Part shown: in pieces, positions 54,403 through 62,587 of the stretch
How positions within the stretch are numbered: position 1 is the first letter of the stretch
Layout: each line of letters opens with the position of its first letter
Assembly (NCBI GenBank): GCA_964551325.1
Contig: CAZKBU010000002.1
Coordinates: 269,861 to 333,860 of the forward strand
DNA: 64,000 nt
Origin: an uncultured Bdellovibrionales bacterium
Lineage (GTDB): Bacteria; Bdellovibrionota; UBA1018; CAIPTA01
Reading direction: 5' to 3'
Notes under the pieces: generated by a model
Database searches by the model: none
What the model was told of the DNA's origin: nothing
The model's input: only the letters and a program-made list of their open reading frames with translations
Program-made: the position numbers and the translations under genes

Positions 54403-56739
54403 TCAAAGACCAGAAACAGCCTTCTGCCATAGGGAGTTGATCCATGAAGATCCGCCACCAGAGCCTTCTCCCGGCCGCTTGAGATCCAAATTTGCTAGGC
54501 GATCCAATCGTCGGAACTCCTCATACACACAAACCCGCTCGCGGAAAGGCTTTCCCTTCAGGCGCTCCTCCAAAACTTGAAAGGAGAGCGAAAGTCCAGC
54601 CTCTGGAGACACCACCTTTGATCCACGACAGATCCCAACATCCACCTCGCTCGGCCACTCCTGCCCCGTGATCAACGCTAGAATGCACAGTTTTCCGAGG
54701 CTCTCCCGATTCGGCGCCTGTGGACCACCCTCTGCTGGCTCTCCCGACTCGTCGGCTGCCTTCTTAAGCCCCTGGAGCACCGTCCCCAGCGCGGGCGCTG
54801 AGAACCGACGGAACTGAAGCAGCGTCGCCTGAGAAATCGTCTGGGCCTGGGATAAATCCTGCCTCACGTCGAGCGGAGTGAGGTGTGCTCGCTCCAAAAG
54901 AAGTTGGAGATCTGATCCCGCCAAGCGATAGAGGTCGTCGATCTCCCGAGGCCCCTCCCCTCGCAGGTATCGGGTAGTGATATCGGTGGTAACGAGCCCA
55001 GTCAGGACCGACGGCAAGTAAACGTTGTTATTCTCCAAGCGAAAAGCCTCAAAGGTCTTGGAGACCACCCGAGCAGCCGGGGACTCCCTATAGCACTTAT
55101 GAGGCTCATCCTTGCCTCCGGCGTTTGGCGGACAAGGCACTTCTTCCGGCTGATCAGATACAGCCTTTGGGTGAATGAGGTCGCCATAAACTCCGGTCAC
55201 ACGACTTCGAACCTGGTCCACGAGAATTCGATCCCTCTCTCCGTCTGCCCCGGGCCCAAAGGCGTAGTTCGTGAGGAACTCAAACAAGCGTTCCATCGCC
55301 CGGGAAGGCGATCGTTTATCCACGCCGGAGCGGGTGAAATCCCGAACCAACGACGACAAGTCCACATTCACCTTCTCGTTGAATTCCCGCACAACAGCCA
55401 GGTAGCGCCTCGCCCATAGAGCATTGAAGTTCTCCACAAAACCCTGGAGATCCGCTCCTGAAGATATCGATACTGCCGACACCAGGCGATCCGGGTCTCC
55501 GTTAAAATCGCCCGGAGGGGTCTTCTCGGGCCCCGCAACGACCTTCACGAAGTCCATCACGGACTCAAATCCGGAAAATGCCCCGCCGCTGGCCTGCCAG
55601 CCGGTTCCATGATTGTAGTAAAACACCCGAAACAGGTCGCGAAGGAATCGGCGAACCAGGTCAGCCTGGTCGTTCACATTTCTCACCCGATCTACATCAC
55701 TCCGGGTGCTCGCCATTAAACCGTCAGCCGCCCGTCTTTGGTTTTGGCTCTGGGTGAGCTTACTGAACTGCTTGTTGATTCTCTCGGCTTGCTCGGAGTC
55801 CACGGGAGCCCCGCCCCCGTTCACCACACGATCGAGCCAACCGTAGAGCACAGGCAGGTGCCGATCCATCAGCTCCACTCCGTAGAAGAACGGCAAAACC
55901 TCCCCCTTCGGTTCGCGAATAGCCACGTCCACAAGGGTGCGCGCATCCTTGGCCCTGCAATAGTCGCGACTCATTGCCTCCAATCCACAGGTGAATGCCG
56001 CCCCCAGCCGAGCACGCTTGGATTCAATAATCTCCTTGGTGAGGGGAATCTGGGACGTCATCTCCACGCCGAGTCGAAGCAGGTCCGACACCACGGAAGC
56101 GCCCAGGCCCACGGCTGGCGAGGCAAAGCTCCCGGCCAGCTCCGCAATGCCTGCCGCAACCTGAACGGCCACTTGCGGGTTGTCCTTATAACAATCCGTA
56201 AGCTGGTGAGAGGCCGATAAGAGGTCTCGAAGGTGCTGGCTTACTCCGCTCATCCCCCAGGAGAAATTGCTCTTATAACTCGCCTGACGGAGGTAGGAAG
56301 CGTCAGCTCTCGCCAACGACAGCTCGTAACGAGTCCCCGCATAATACGACAAGAGCGCATCCTTAACGCTCGGATCGATACCCGGCTGTCCAATCGCGAG
56401 CAGTAGATCATTTCCTGCCTCGTCGAATCGACGCTCCTTACGGCGCGCGCTGTCGGCCTCTAGTGCTCTAAGCTCGGCGCGCAGGCGCAAAGAAGCGCCC
56501 TGGGCATTCATTAATGCGGGTGAAGTGGAGCAACTCTTCTTCTCCTTCAAGGATTCCAGAAGCTGCGTAAGGCTCTCCGATCGCTCCAAGGCGGCCCGAG
56601 TCCAAGGACCAAGACTACACCCCTGGGAGTAGGCAGCGATCATCTGATCTACTACCGGTACGGCTTCCTGCTCTGGCGCATTGCAAGAAAAGAGAGAAAA
56701 AGGGGTGATTACCAAAAGAAGAAATCGTGTCAGTTTCAT
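54403..56739 (-). CDS. Large lipoprotein of unknown function
   Basis: 778 aa. Lipobox 'FSLFSC'. No recognisable catalytic motif. Last gene of the minus-strand secreted-protein run. Confidence 0.5.
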   Translation of the reverse strand: MKLTRFLLLVITPFSLFSCNAPEQEAVPVVDQMIAAYSQGCSLGPWTRAALERSESLTQLLESLKEKKSCSTSPALMNAQGASLRLRAELRALEADSARRKERRFDEAGNDLLLAIGQPGIDPSVKDALLSYYAGTRYELSLARADASYLRQASYKSNFSWGMSGVSQHLRDLLSASHQLTDCYKDNPQVAVQVAAGIAELAGSFASPAVGLGASVVSDLLRLGVEMTSQIPLTKEIIESKRARLGAAFTCGLEAMSRDYCRAKDARTLVDVAIREPKGEVLPFFYGVELMDRHLPVLYGWLDRVVNGGGAPVDSEQAERINKQFSKLTQSQNQRRAADGLMASTRSDVDRVRNVNDQADLVRRFLRDLFRVFYYNHGTGWQASGGAFSGFESVMDFVKVVAGPEKTPPGDFNGDPDRLVSAVSISSGADLQGFVENFNALWARRYLAVVREFNEKVNVDLSSLVRDFTRSGVDKRSPSRAMERLFEFLTNYAFGPGADGERDRILVDQVRSRVTGVYGDLIHPKAVSDQPEEVPCPPNAGGKDEPHKCYRESPAARVVSKTFEAFRLENNNVYLPSVLTGLVTTDITTRYLRGEGPREIDDLYRLAGSDLQLLLERAHLTPLDVRQDLSQAQTISQATLLQFRRFSAPALGTVLQGLKKAADESGEPAEGGPQAPNRESLGKLCILALITGQEWPSEVDVGICRGSKVVSPEAGLSLSFQVLEERLKGKPFRERVCVYEEFRRLDRLANLDLKRPGEGSGGGSSWINSLWQKAVSGL

Positions 56740-56808
56740 AGGAGACTGAGCCTAATGAACGCCCAGAATGGGAGCAAACAGTTTCAGCCAAATTTCGAGA
56801 ATAACAAC

Positions 56809-57420
56809 TCAGTGCCGGATACGGAAAGCCCCTTGCACCTGCACTCGACGCGGCCCCATGTCGAGCCGCTTAACAACACGCAGCTCCCACTCGGTGTCGA
56901 GCTCCACCACGAACAAGCGAGCGTCGTCGTAGAACCGAAGCATCTCTGCCAGTGACTGATCCGAAAACGAAAGGCCATCCTGCTTGTTCACAAGAGGGGT
57001 GGTTCCGTCGAAACTAAACTGGTAATTGCGCTGAACGGAACTCTCTCCGCGAGCGTCTTTTCTCCAACTAACTGGCCCCGACACTTCAATGCCCCATATG
57101 TCTCTTGGCCCTAGGTTCGTGCACGGAAATCGACCATTCACATAATGAAAGTTCGCAGTGCGCCGACGATCCTGGATCGTCACCAAAAATTCCTCAGAAG
57201 TTACCTGATAGGCACCATCCTTAAGCTCGGCGAGGCCCCCTGGTAGCAACTTCCCGGGATCGGTCCGGAACTGGAGGGGATCATACCCCGCGGGGCACTC
57301 CTTCACGGTCCGCTGCGCTTTGCCCTGATTCCCGGCCTTTTCACTCGCGAACGGATCAATTTTATCCTGCCCCGTGCCGCAGCCCACAAGAACCATTGTT
57401 AAAAAAATCCAAGTCCGCAT
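56809..57420 (-). CDS. Lipoprotein of unknown function
   Basis: 203 aa. Lipobox 'LVGCG'. Confidence 0.5.
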   Translation of the reverse strand: MRTWIFLTMVLVGCGTGQDKIDPFASEKAGNQGKAQRTVKECPAGYDPLQFRTDPGKLLPGGLAELKDGAYQVTSEEFLVTIQDRRRTANFHYVNGRFPCTNLGPRDIWGIEVSGPVSWRKDARGESSVQRNYQFSFDGTTPLVNKQDGLSFSDQSLAEMLRFYDDARLFVVELDTEWELRVVKRLDMGPRRVQVQGAFRIRH

Positions 57421-57430
57421 TGCTGCCTCC

Positions 57431-58582
57431 TCAGTAGGCCAGGCGCTTCAACTGAAAGAGCTCCACCTCAACATCTTGGGGCAGATTCGTTCCAGCGCTC
57501 CCGGTGAACCCATCCAGCGTAATCCGCTCCAAGGCAACATAGCAATCCCGGGCGATCTTCGTTTTCTTGAATTCCTGAATGCAGGTCCGGAGATACATAT
57601 CGTCGAACCGGAAGAAGAGGTTGTGATTAATACGGTTGTAGATCAGGCCAAGAAGATACAGTGCTTCGCCCTTTGCGGGAGATACTCCTGGAGTTTCAAG
57701 AAGTTTGTGTAGATACACCGAGGCGCGGAGACGGCGAATATGGAATCGCCGCTCAAAGTCCCCCATAAGTTCCATATCGTCACTCTTCAACAGTTTCTTA
57801 GCTGCCACGAGAAGCTCGGAGTCACTGGCGCCTGCGGCCATCGGCTTTTCCTTTTGCCAGGTCTTAAGGTCCTTCACCCAGGCGAGCAGGTCTTGTTGCA
57901 TGAACTGAGGAATCTCCTTAGCCCCGGAAATTTTTTCGAAAAACGCGGCGGCACCGGTAGGGTTCGGCTCCACGCGAGTATGGAGCACAGCTAAGTTCAA
58001 AAGAACTCTTCGAAGCCCCGATGCCCCGATCTTATTGCCGGGAAACCCTTGAGCAAGCGCTTCAAACGTCTTCTTCGCTTTCGAGAACTGCCGGGTGGCA
58101 AAGTAGAATTCCGCTTGCTCCATTTCCGAAGCCCCAGACACCTGGGAGTCGAGAAACAGCTCCGTGCTGCTTGAGCCCCTGCTGTGGCAGCTGATGCACA
58201 TCTGGAGCGAGCTTTGCAGCATATAGCGAGCAAAGTGTTTGTTGTTTTCCCGGAAAAATTCACTGGCCTGGCCCACATGGCCTTCGATCATCTGAAGGTT
58301 GGCACGCAGGGCGAGATCGTCCTGGAAAAGCTTTTTGTCTTTCTTCATTCCCGCGAGGTGGGCTGAAAGATTGCCGAGGGTGGCGGTAATTTTCCCTTCG
58401 TTGCTTTTGTCGAAAAATTGCGACTCGCTCACCAGATATTGTTCCAGTGCCCTCACGTCCTCCAAAAGGAGTCGCATCCCGGGTTTAGGATCGGGTTCTG
58501 CGCCAGCGATCAGAGAAATCAAAAGGGAAAAGATTACGGTGCCACGAATCATCGACGAAACCCTCCAAGCGGTTCCGTTCAA
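57431..58582 (-). CDS. Secreted helical protein with a single CxxCH motif (possible mono-heme c-type cytochrome-like / TPR-like protein)
   Basis: 383 aa. N-terminal signal-like 'MIRGTVIFSLLISLIAGA'. 'LQMCISCHSRG' contains the CxxCH heme c attachment motif. Confidence 0.4.
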   Translation of the reverse strand: MNGTAWRVSSMIRGTVIFSLLISLIAGAEPDPKPGMRLLLEDVRALEQYLVSESQFFDKSNEGKITATLGNLSAHLAGMKKDKKLFQDDLALRANLQMIEGHVGQASEFFRENNKHFARYMLQSSLQMCISCHSRGSSSTELFLDSQVSGASEMEQAEFYFATRQFSKAKKTFEALAQGFPGNKIGASGLRRVLLNLAVLHTRVEPNPTGAAAFFEKISGAKEIPQFMQQDLLAWVKDLKTWQKEKPMAAGASDSELLVAAKKLLKSDDMELMGDFERRFHIRRLRASVYLHKLLETPGVSPAKGEALYLLGLIYNRINHNLFFRFDDMYLRTCIQEFKKTKIARDCYVALERITLDGFTGSAGTNLPQDVEVELFQLKRLAY

Positions 58583-59091
58583 TTATTGGGTATTTTCTTC
58601 CAAACGTAAATGAGGGGATCGTCGCCCAGGCTCAAATGAATCTGAAGATCGCCCTCCTGGGACAAGGAAAACTCTGTCGACGAGGTGCGGCCAGCCTGCA
58701 TGTCGGGGTCGGCTCTGCAGTCGCGATGATTCTTTGGGTTCACCCAGGTGATCTTATCCACAATACGATTACCCTCGATCCGAAACTCACCCTTACGCTC
58801 ACAGAGGTCGTTTTCCCCTTCGTGCCACCACCAGAGACGGCTCTGCCCATCAGCGGTGAAGGAGTAGTGAAGTCGCAGGGTGGCTTCCGGAGGTTCCGGC
58901 ATCACGATCCCGCGAAAAACTTTCTTATAGAAAAACCAATGCCCCTCCACATTCGGGCTCACGCCTGGATCGGGAACATCCGCAAACTGGGGGCGCTGAG
59001 CCCCCATCAGAAAAATCGCTAACCCTGCCAGAAAAAGTGGCCGAAGCCGGTCAAATGCCGCCACCCACCAACCTCCAGCCACGCTCGGCAA
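58579..59091 (-). CDS. Hypothetical secreted protein
   Basis: 170 aa. Hydrophobic N-terminus. 4-bp overlap with the downstream gene and 41-bp overlap with the upstream protease ORF. Confidence 0.4.
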   Translation of the reverse strand: MPSVAGGWWVAAFDRLRPLFLAGLAIFLMGAQRPQFADVPDPGVSPNVEGHWFFYKKVFRGIVMPEPPEATLRLHYSFTADGQSRLWWWHEGENDLCERKGEFRIEGNRIVDKITWVNPKNHRDCRADPDMQAGRTSSTEFSLSQEGDLQIHLSLGDDPLIYVWKKIPNN

Positions 59092-60505
59092 GAATTCGCT
59101 GAACTTCTAGACCTTCCTCTGCCGTGCAGATCCCACTCATGGCACTGATCACGGCAGGAGCAAAGTCGTCGAACCGAGCTCCAGAGCCCAGCCGCACCAG
59201 CGTGCGGAAGGCGATTTTGTGAGCCTTTTCCGCGCCGATTTTTTCTCTCATGTCCCAAAAAGTAGCTCCGATGATCGTGCCATTCTTGTAAACACCCTTC
59301 GAGAAATCCTGGTAGGCCTTAAGCTCGTTCTTCAGCGTGCGGCGGAACGGAGCCTTCAGATAACTCACCTCTCCCATGTAGGGGTTGTTGAGAATAAATG
59401 CGGTAAAAAGATCGGCGAACCCCTCGTTGAAGGAGCCACCCTCTCCTTCCGACGGAAGGCCAGCATACACGTCGATCACTGCGTGAATAGTTTCGTGAAC
59501 CACGATCGACGGATCCTTGAGCATATCTCGATAGACCTGACCGTCCCCGGTGCCCAAGTAGATCTGCGCGTTATGGTAGAAGGCGTTGTTGCTTACGCCG
59601 TTCTCACCAATATGCGTCTTCACCTGAATGGGGCGATTGAGCTCAACACCGAGCTGGTTCTTCATCCAGCGCAAAGCGTTGTCCATGAAATAGTAAACCT
59701 GAACCATCTCAAACTGCGGCTGAGTGGGCTCGAAGTTAAAGATCAAATCCCGCGACCACACGTTCAGATTCAGCCCGCTCGTGATGGCGAGTTTGGCGCT
59801 ACTCAGGCTGCCATCGCCTACAAGGCCATACAGCGTCTGCTCTGAGAGATCGCTCGCCTTAGGTCCGCGAGGAAACACCCGTGCCCGACCATCGGCACCG
59901 TTCACACCGGTCAACCCCTGTTCGGTAACACGGCCTTTCGCGTCCACTTTTGCAAAATGAATGTTCTGTTCAAAGCGATCCAGATACTCCACCCGCCAAT
60001 AGGGATAGAACCCCCTGCTTCTCTCCCATCCAATCTCCACCCGTGGCGGAAAAATATAACTGGCACTGGCCATCGAACTCACTTGCTCTTGAGCCTTGCG
60101 AAGACCAAACGCACCGTTAGCATCCATCGCGGTAACTTCGGCGAGGAGATGGTCCGGAACATACTTCATCACTCCGCCGGTGCTGTAAACTGCCTGCCCG
60201 GAGGGGGAAAACACGGTTTGAATCCAAGTGGAATCGACTCGGGCAGGGCCCACATATTGAGCCGATCGCCCAACCACTTCTCCGGCACCGCGAAGAACCA
60301 TGTCCTTCATGGAGAGAAGACCAATGTTCACCTGATTGTCGGGGGTGTCGCCCTTCTGGCCCATCACCTTGACGGGCACATTCCTCGCACCATCGAAAGC
60401 CCGCCACGCCTTCGGCATCCAGCGGAACCGCTGAACTTCAGGAGCGCTTTCTCCCGCCGTAACAATTCCAGGAGCCAGTAAGATAAATGCCAAAAAAGTC
60501 TTCAT
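59051..60505 (-). CDS. Secreted zinc metalloprotease, thermolysin-like (M4-type HExxH...NExxxD)
   Basis: 484 aa. Signal peptide 'MKTFLAFILLAPGIVTA'. 'VVHETIHAV' (HExxH), with the third zinc ligand ~20 aa downstream in 'GGSFNEGFADLF' (compare thermolysin 'GGINEAISDIFG'). Confidence 0.6.
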   Translation of the reverse strand: MKTFLAFILLAPGIVTAGESAPEVQRFRWMPKAWRAFDGARNVPVKVMGQKGDTPDNQVNIGLLSMKDMVLRGAGEVVGRSAQYVGPARVDSTWIQTVFSPSGQAVYSTGGVMKYVPDHLLAEVTAMDANGAFGLRKAQEQVSSMASASYIFPPRVEIGWERSRGFYPYWRVEYLDRFEQNIHFAKVDAKGRVTEQGLTGVNGADGRARVFPRGPKASDLSEQTLYGLVGDGSLSSAKLAITSGLNLNVWSRDLIFNFEPTQPQFEMVQVYYFMDNALRWMKNQLGVELNRPIQVKTHIGENGVSNNAFYHNAQIYLGTGDGQVYRDMLKDPSIVVHETIHAVIDVYAGLPSEGEGGSFNEGFADLFTAFILNNPYMGEVSYLKAPFRRTLKNELKAYQDFSKGVYKNGTIIGATFWDMREKIGAEKAHKIAFRTLVRLGSGARFDDFAPAVISAMSGICTAEEGLEVQRILAERGWRLVGGGI

Positions 60506-60633
60506 GGAGTTTCCCCGCCATCTAACTAAATCGAGCCTTGTTTATATCCTATCCTTCCATGGCAGGAACAGAAAGGGCCCCCCTCCTGCAAGGGAGAGGA
60601 GCCCTGGGAGTTTTACCCGTTTTCGGTGGGACT

Positions 60634-61047
60634 TTATTCCTCAACCGAGAGGGACTTTTCCCAGTAGGTGCCATCGCCGCTCATGAAGCGGATCGCGTGA
60701 TCGCCAGCGGCCAGTTTGCCGAGCTGCACTTCCTTGGAGAAGGGCACCAGCACCATCAGGCACATGCCTTCGCTCACCGTTGCAATCGCACGCACTTCGT
60801 GGAGAGCAGGACCCACATGGTTCACGGCAGTGCTCTTAAACCGGTAGCAGCTGTTCGGAAAGAGTCCGTTCACCACCACGAAAGCGTCAGAGTTCGTGTC
60901 GAATCCGCTCGGTACATAAGCATCGTTAATGCTCACTACTGTTTCGCGCGTCTTCGGTTGGCCTTGATCATCGGAAGCAAACGCCACCGAACCGAACGAT
61001 GCCACCACTGCTGCAAACACCACTACATTCTTCATCATTTTGTTCAT
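60634..61047 (-). CDS. Small secreted protein of unknown function, first gene downstream of the sigma-54 promoter
   Basis: 137 aa. Signal peptide 'MNKMMKNVVVFAAVVASFGSVAFA'. GGGGG RBS. Confidence 0.5.
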   Translation of the reverse strand: MNKMMKNVVVFAAVVASFGSVAFASDDQGQPKTRETVVSINDAYVPSGFDTNSDAFVVVNGLFPNSCYRFKSTAVNHVGPALHEVRAIATVSEGMCLMVLVPFSKEVQLGKLAAGDHAIRFMSGDGTYWEKSLSVEE

Positions 61048-61106
61048 ATAGAACCCCCTAGTTCCTTTCCTTGAGTTCGGAAGTTTCTGCTTCCGCCAAC
61101 CACTTG

Positions 61107-61122
61107 AGCAACCAACGTGCCA
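61107..61122 (-). promoter_or_regulatory. Sigma-54 (RpoN) promoter: TGGCACgttggTTGCt with perfect -24 GG / -12 GC spacing
   Basis: Plus-strand agcaaccaacgtgcca is the reverse complement TGGCACGTTGGTTGCT. It lies 60 bp upstream of the 60634..61047 gene start. An NtrC-family sigma-54 activator is encoded 1.5 kb away. Confidence 0.6.
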
Positions 61123-61256
61123 ATCTCCAACTGAAATCTACTTGCACCTCACGACAAAACCCCAATATCGACGGGACATCTTGTCCAACGCTCGGGGCCA
61201 ATGGGCCCTTTTGCATCGCATCCTCATCAAAATAGTTTTCCCACGAGAAAAATAAC

Positions 61257-61282
61257 GGGCCCCGGGCATTAGCCCGAGGCCC
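61257..61282. promoter_or_regulatory. 11-bp inverted repeat GGGCCCCGGGC-atta-GCCCGAGGCCC (one mismatch), candidate enhancer (UAS) about 140-170 bp upstream of the sigma-54 promoter
   Basis: Read directly. The distance is appropriate for a bacterial enhancer-binding-protein site. Confidence 0.35.
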
Positions 61283-61474
61283 GAGCAGACGGGGTTCCAC
61301 TACTCTGAAATCCACACACATACCGGAGGCCGTCGCGCCCTCCCTGAGGCTGTTTGCATTGCCTGTGCCAGCCTGAGGAGTGAAAACTCAGCCTCGCTAG
61401 AGTTTTTGAGCAGAAAAATAGTCCCCCACTCTCCCAACTTGTCTCGTAACGGTGGTTAGCCTAGAGTCGCCGCC

Positions 61475-62587
61475 ATGGATGAGAGAATTGTAAACATGAT
61501 TGAAAAGCGGATTTTTTTCCGCTGCGTGGAGTACTCCACGGAAGGAATCATGATCACCGACGCCAGCAGCCGTCTCCTCTGGGTGAATAAAGCCTGGCAG
61601 CGAATGTATGGCTACAGCATCGACGAAGTGCTCGGAAAAACCCCCCGAATGCTTCACTCCAAGCATCAAAATGACGCATTCTATCAGACCATGTGGATCG
61701 ACATTCAATCGCCCTCCAAAGGGTTCTGGAGAGGGGAAATTGTAAACAGGTCGAAAGACGGCCGAGAAGTTCCCGTCCTACTGACGATCAATCCCTACAA
61801 AAGCCCGGAAGGAGAAATTGAGGGCTACATGGGAATCGCTGTGGATATGACCGAGAAAAAGCAAATGGAAGCTCAAATTCTCCAGGCCGACCGCCTGGCC
61901 TCTATCGGTCTCTTGGCCTCCGGTCTCGCACATGAAGTAGGAACCCCTCTTGGAGTGATCCGAGGACGAGCGGAATACCTGCAACAGCTGGCAAAAGACA
62001 ATGACAAGGTCGCCAAGGGTTTGGATGTGATCATCTCTCAGATCGATCGCATCTCTAAACTCATCTACTCCCTGCTCAATCTGGCGAGATCGGAGAAGAG
62101 TGAGCAGGCGCGCCCCGTGAACATCCTCAGGGCCTGCACCGATGTTAAAAATCTTCTCGATCAAAAGTTTCAACGCTCTGGCGTTGAGCTACGAGTAGAC
62201 GTTCCCGATCACGCCACGGTTCAGGCCGAGACCGACAAGCTGACCCAAGTGATCCTGAATCTTGCGATCAACGCGCTTCACGCAGTCACAAAACGCCTCG
62301 GGAAAACCCCCGAGCCGAAGGGCCTTGTTCACATCCATGCCTTTGAGCACGAGAAGGAGTGGGAGCTCCTTGTGGAAGACAACGGCACTGGAATCAGCAG
62401 AGACCACCTGAAGCTTCTGTTTAAACCCTTTTTCACCACCAAAGATCCTGGCGAGGGCACTGGACTTGGCCTTGCCATCACAGAACAAATCATCCAGTCG
62501 TGGGGCGGCACGGTTCAAGTGGAGTCAGTGGAAGGCACCGGATCCCGCTTTAAGCTAAAGATCCCGAAGGGCTCCCTTAAACTCTAA
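61475..62587 (+). CDS. PAS-domain sensor histidine kinase (NtrB/AtoS-like, cytoplasmic)
   Basis: 370 aa. N-terminal PAS, H-box 'LAHEVGTPLGVIRGRAEYL', N-box 'LNLAINALHA', G-boxes 'DNGTGI' and 'GTGLGLAI'. Confidence 0.85.
   Translation: MDERIVNMIEKRIFFRCVEYSTEGIMITDASSRLLWVNKAWQRMYGYSIDEVLGKTPRMLHSKHQNDAFYQTMWIDIQSPSKGFWRGEIVNRSKDGREVPVLLTINPYKSPEGEIEGYMGIAVDMTEKKQMEAQILQADRLASIGLLASGLAHEVGTPLGVIRGRAEYLQQLAKDNDKVAKGLDVIISQIDRISKLIYSLLNLARSEKSEQARPVNILRACTDVKNLLDQKFQRSGVELRVDVPDHATVQAETDKLTQVILNLAINALHAVTKRLGKTPEPKGLVHIHAFEHEKEWELLVEDNGTGISRDHLKLLFKPFFTTKDPGEGTGLGLAITEQIIQSWGGTVQVESVEGTGSRFKLKIPKGSLKL

Noticed and set aside
61356-61370. Second sigma-54-like element TGGCACaggcaATGC (minus strand)
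   Set aside because: The spacing is correct, but the -12 region is ATGC rather than TTGC. It is noted in the main finding and not called as a separate promoter.
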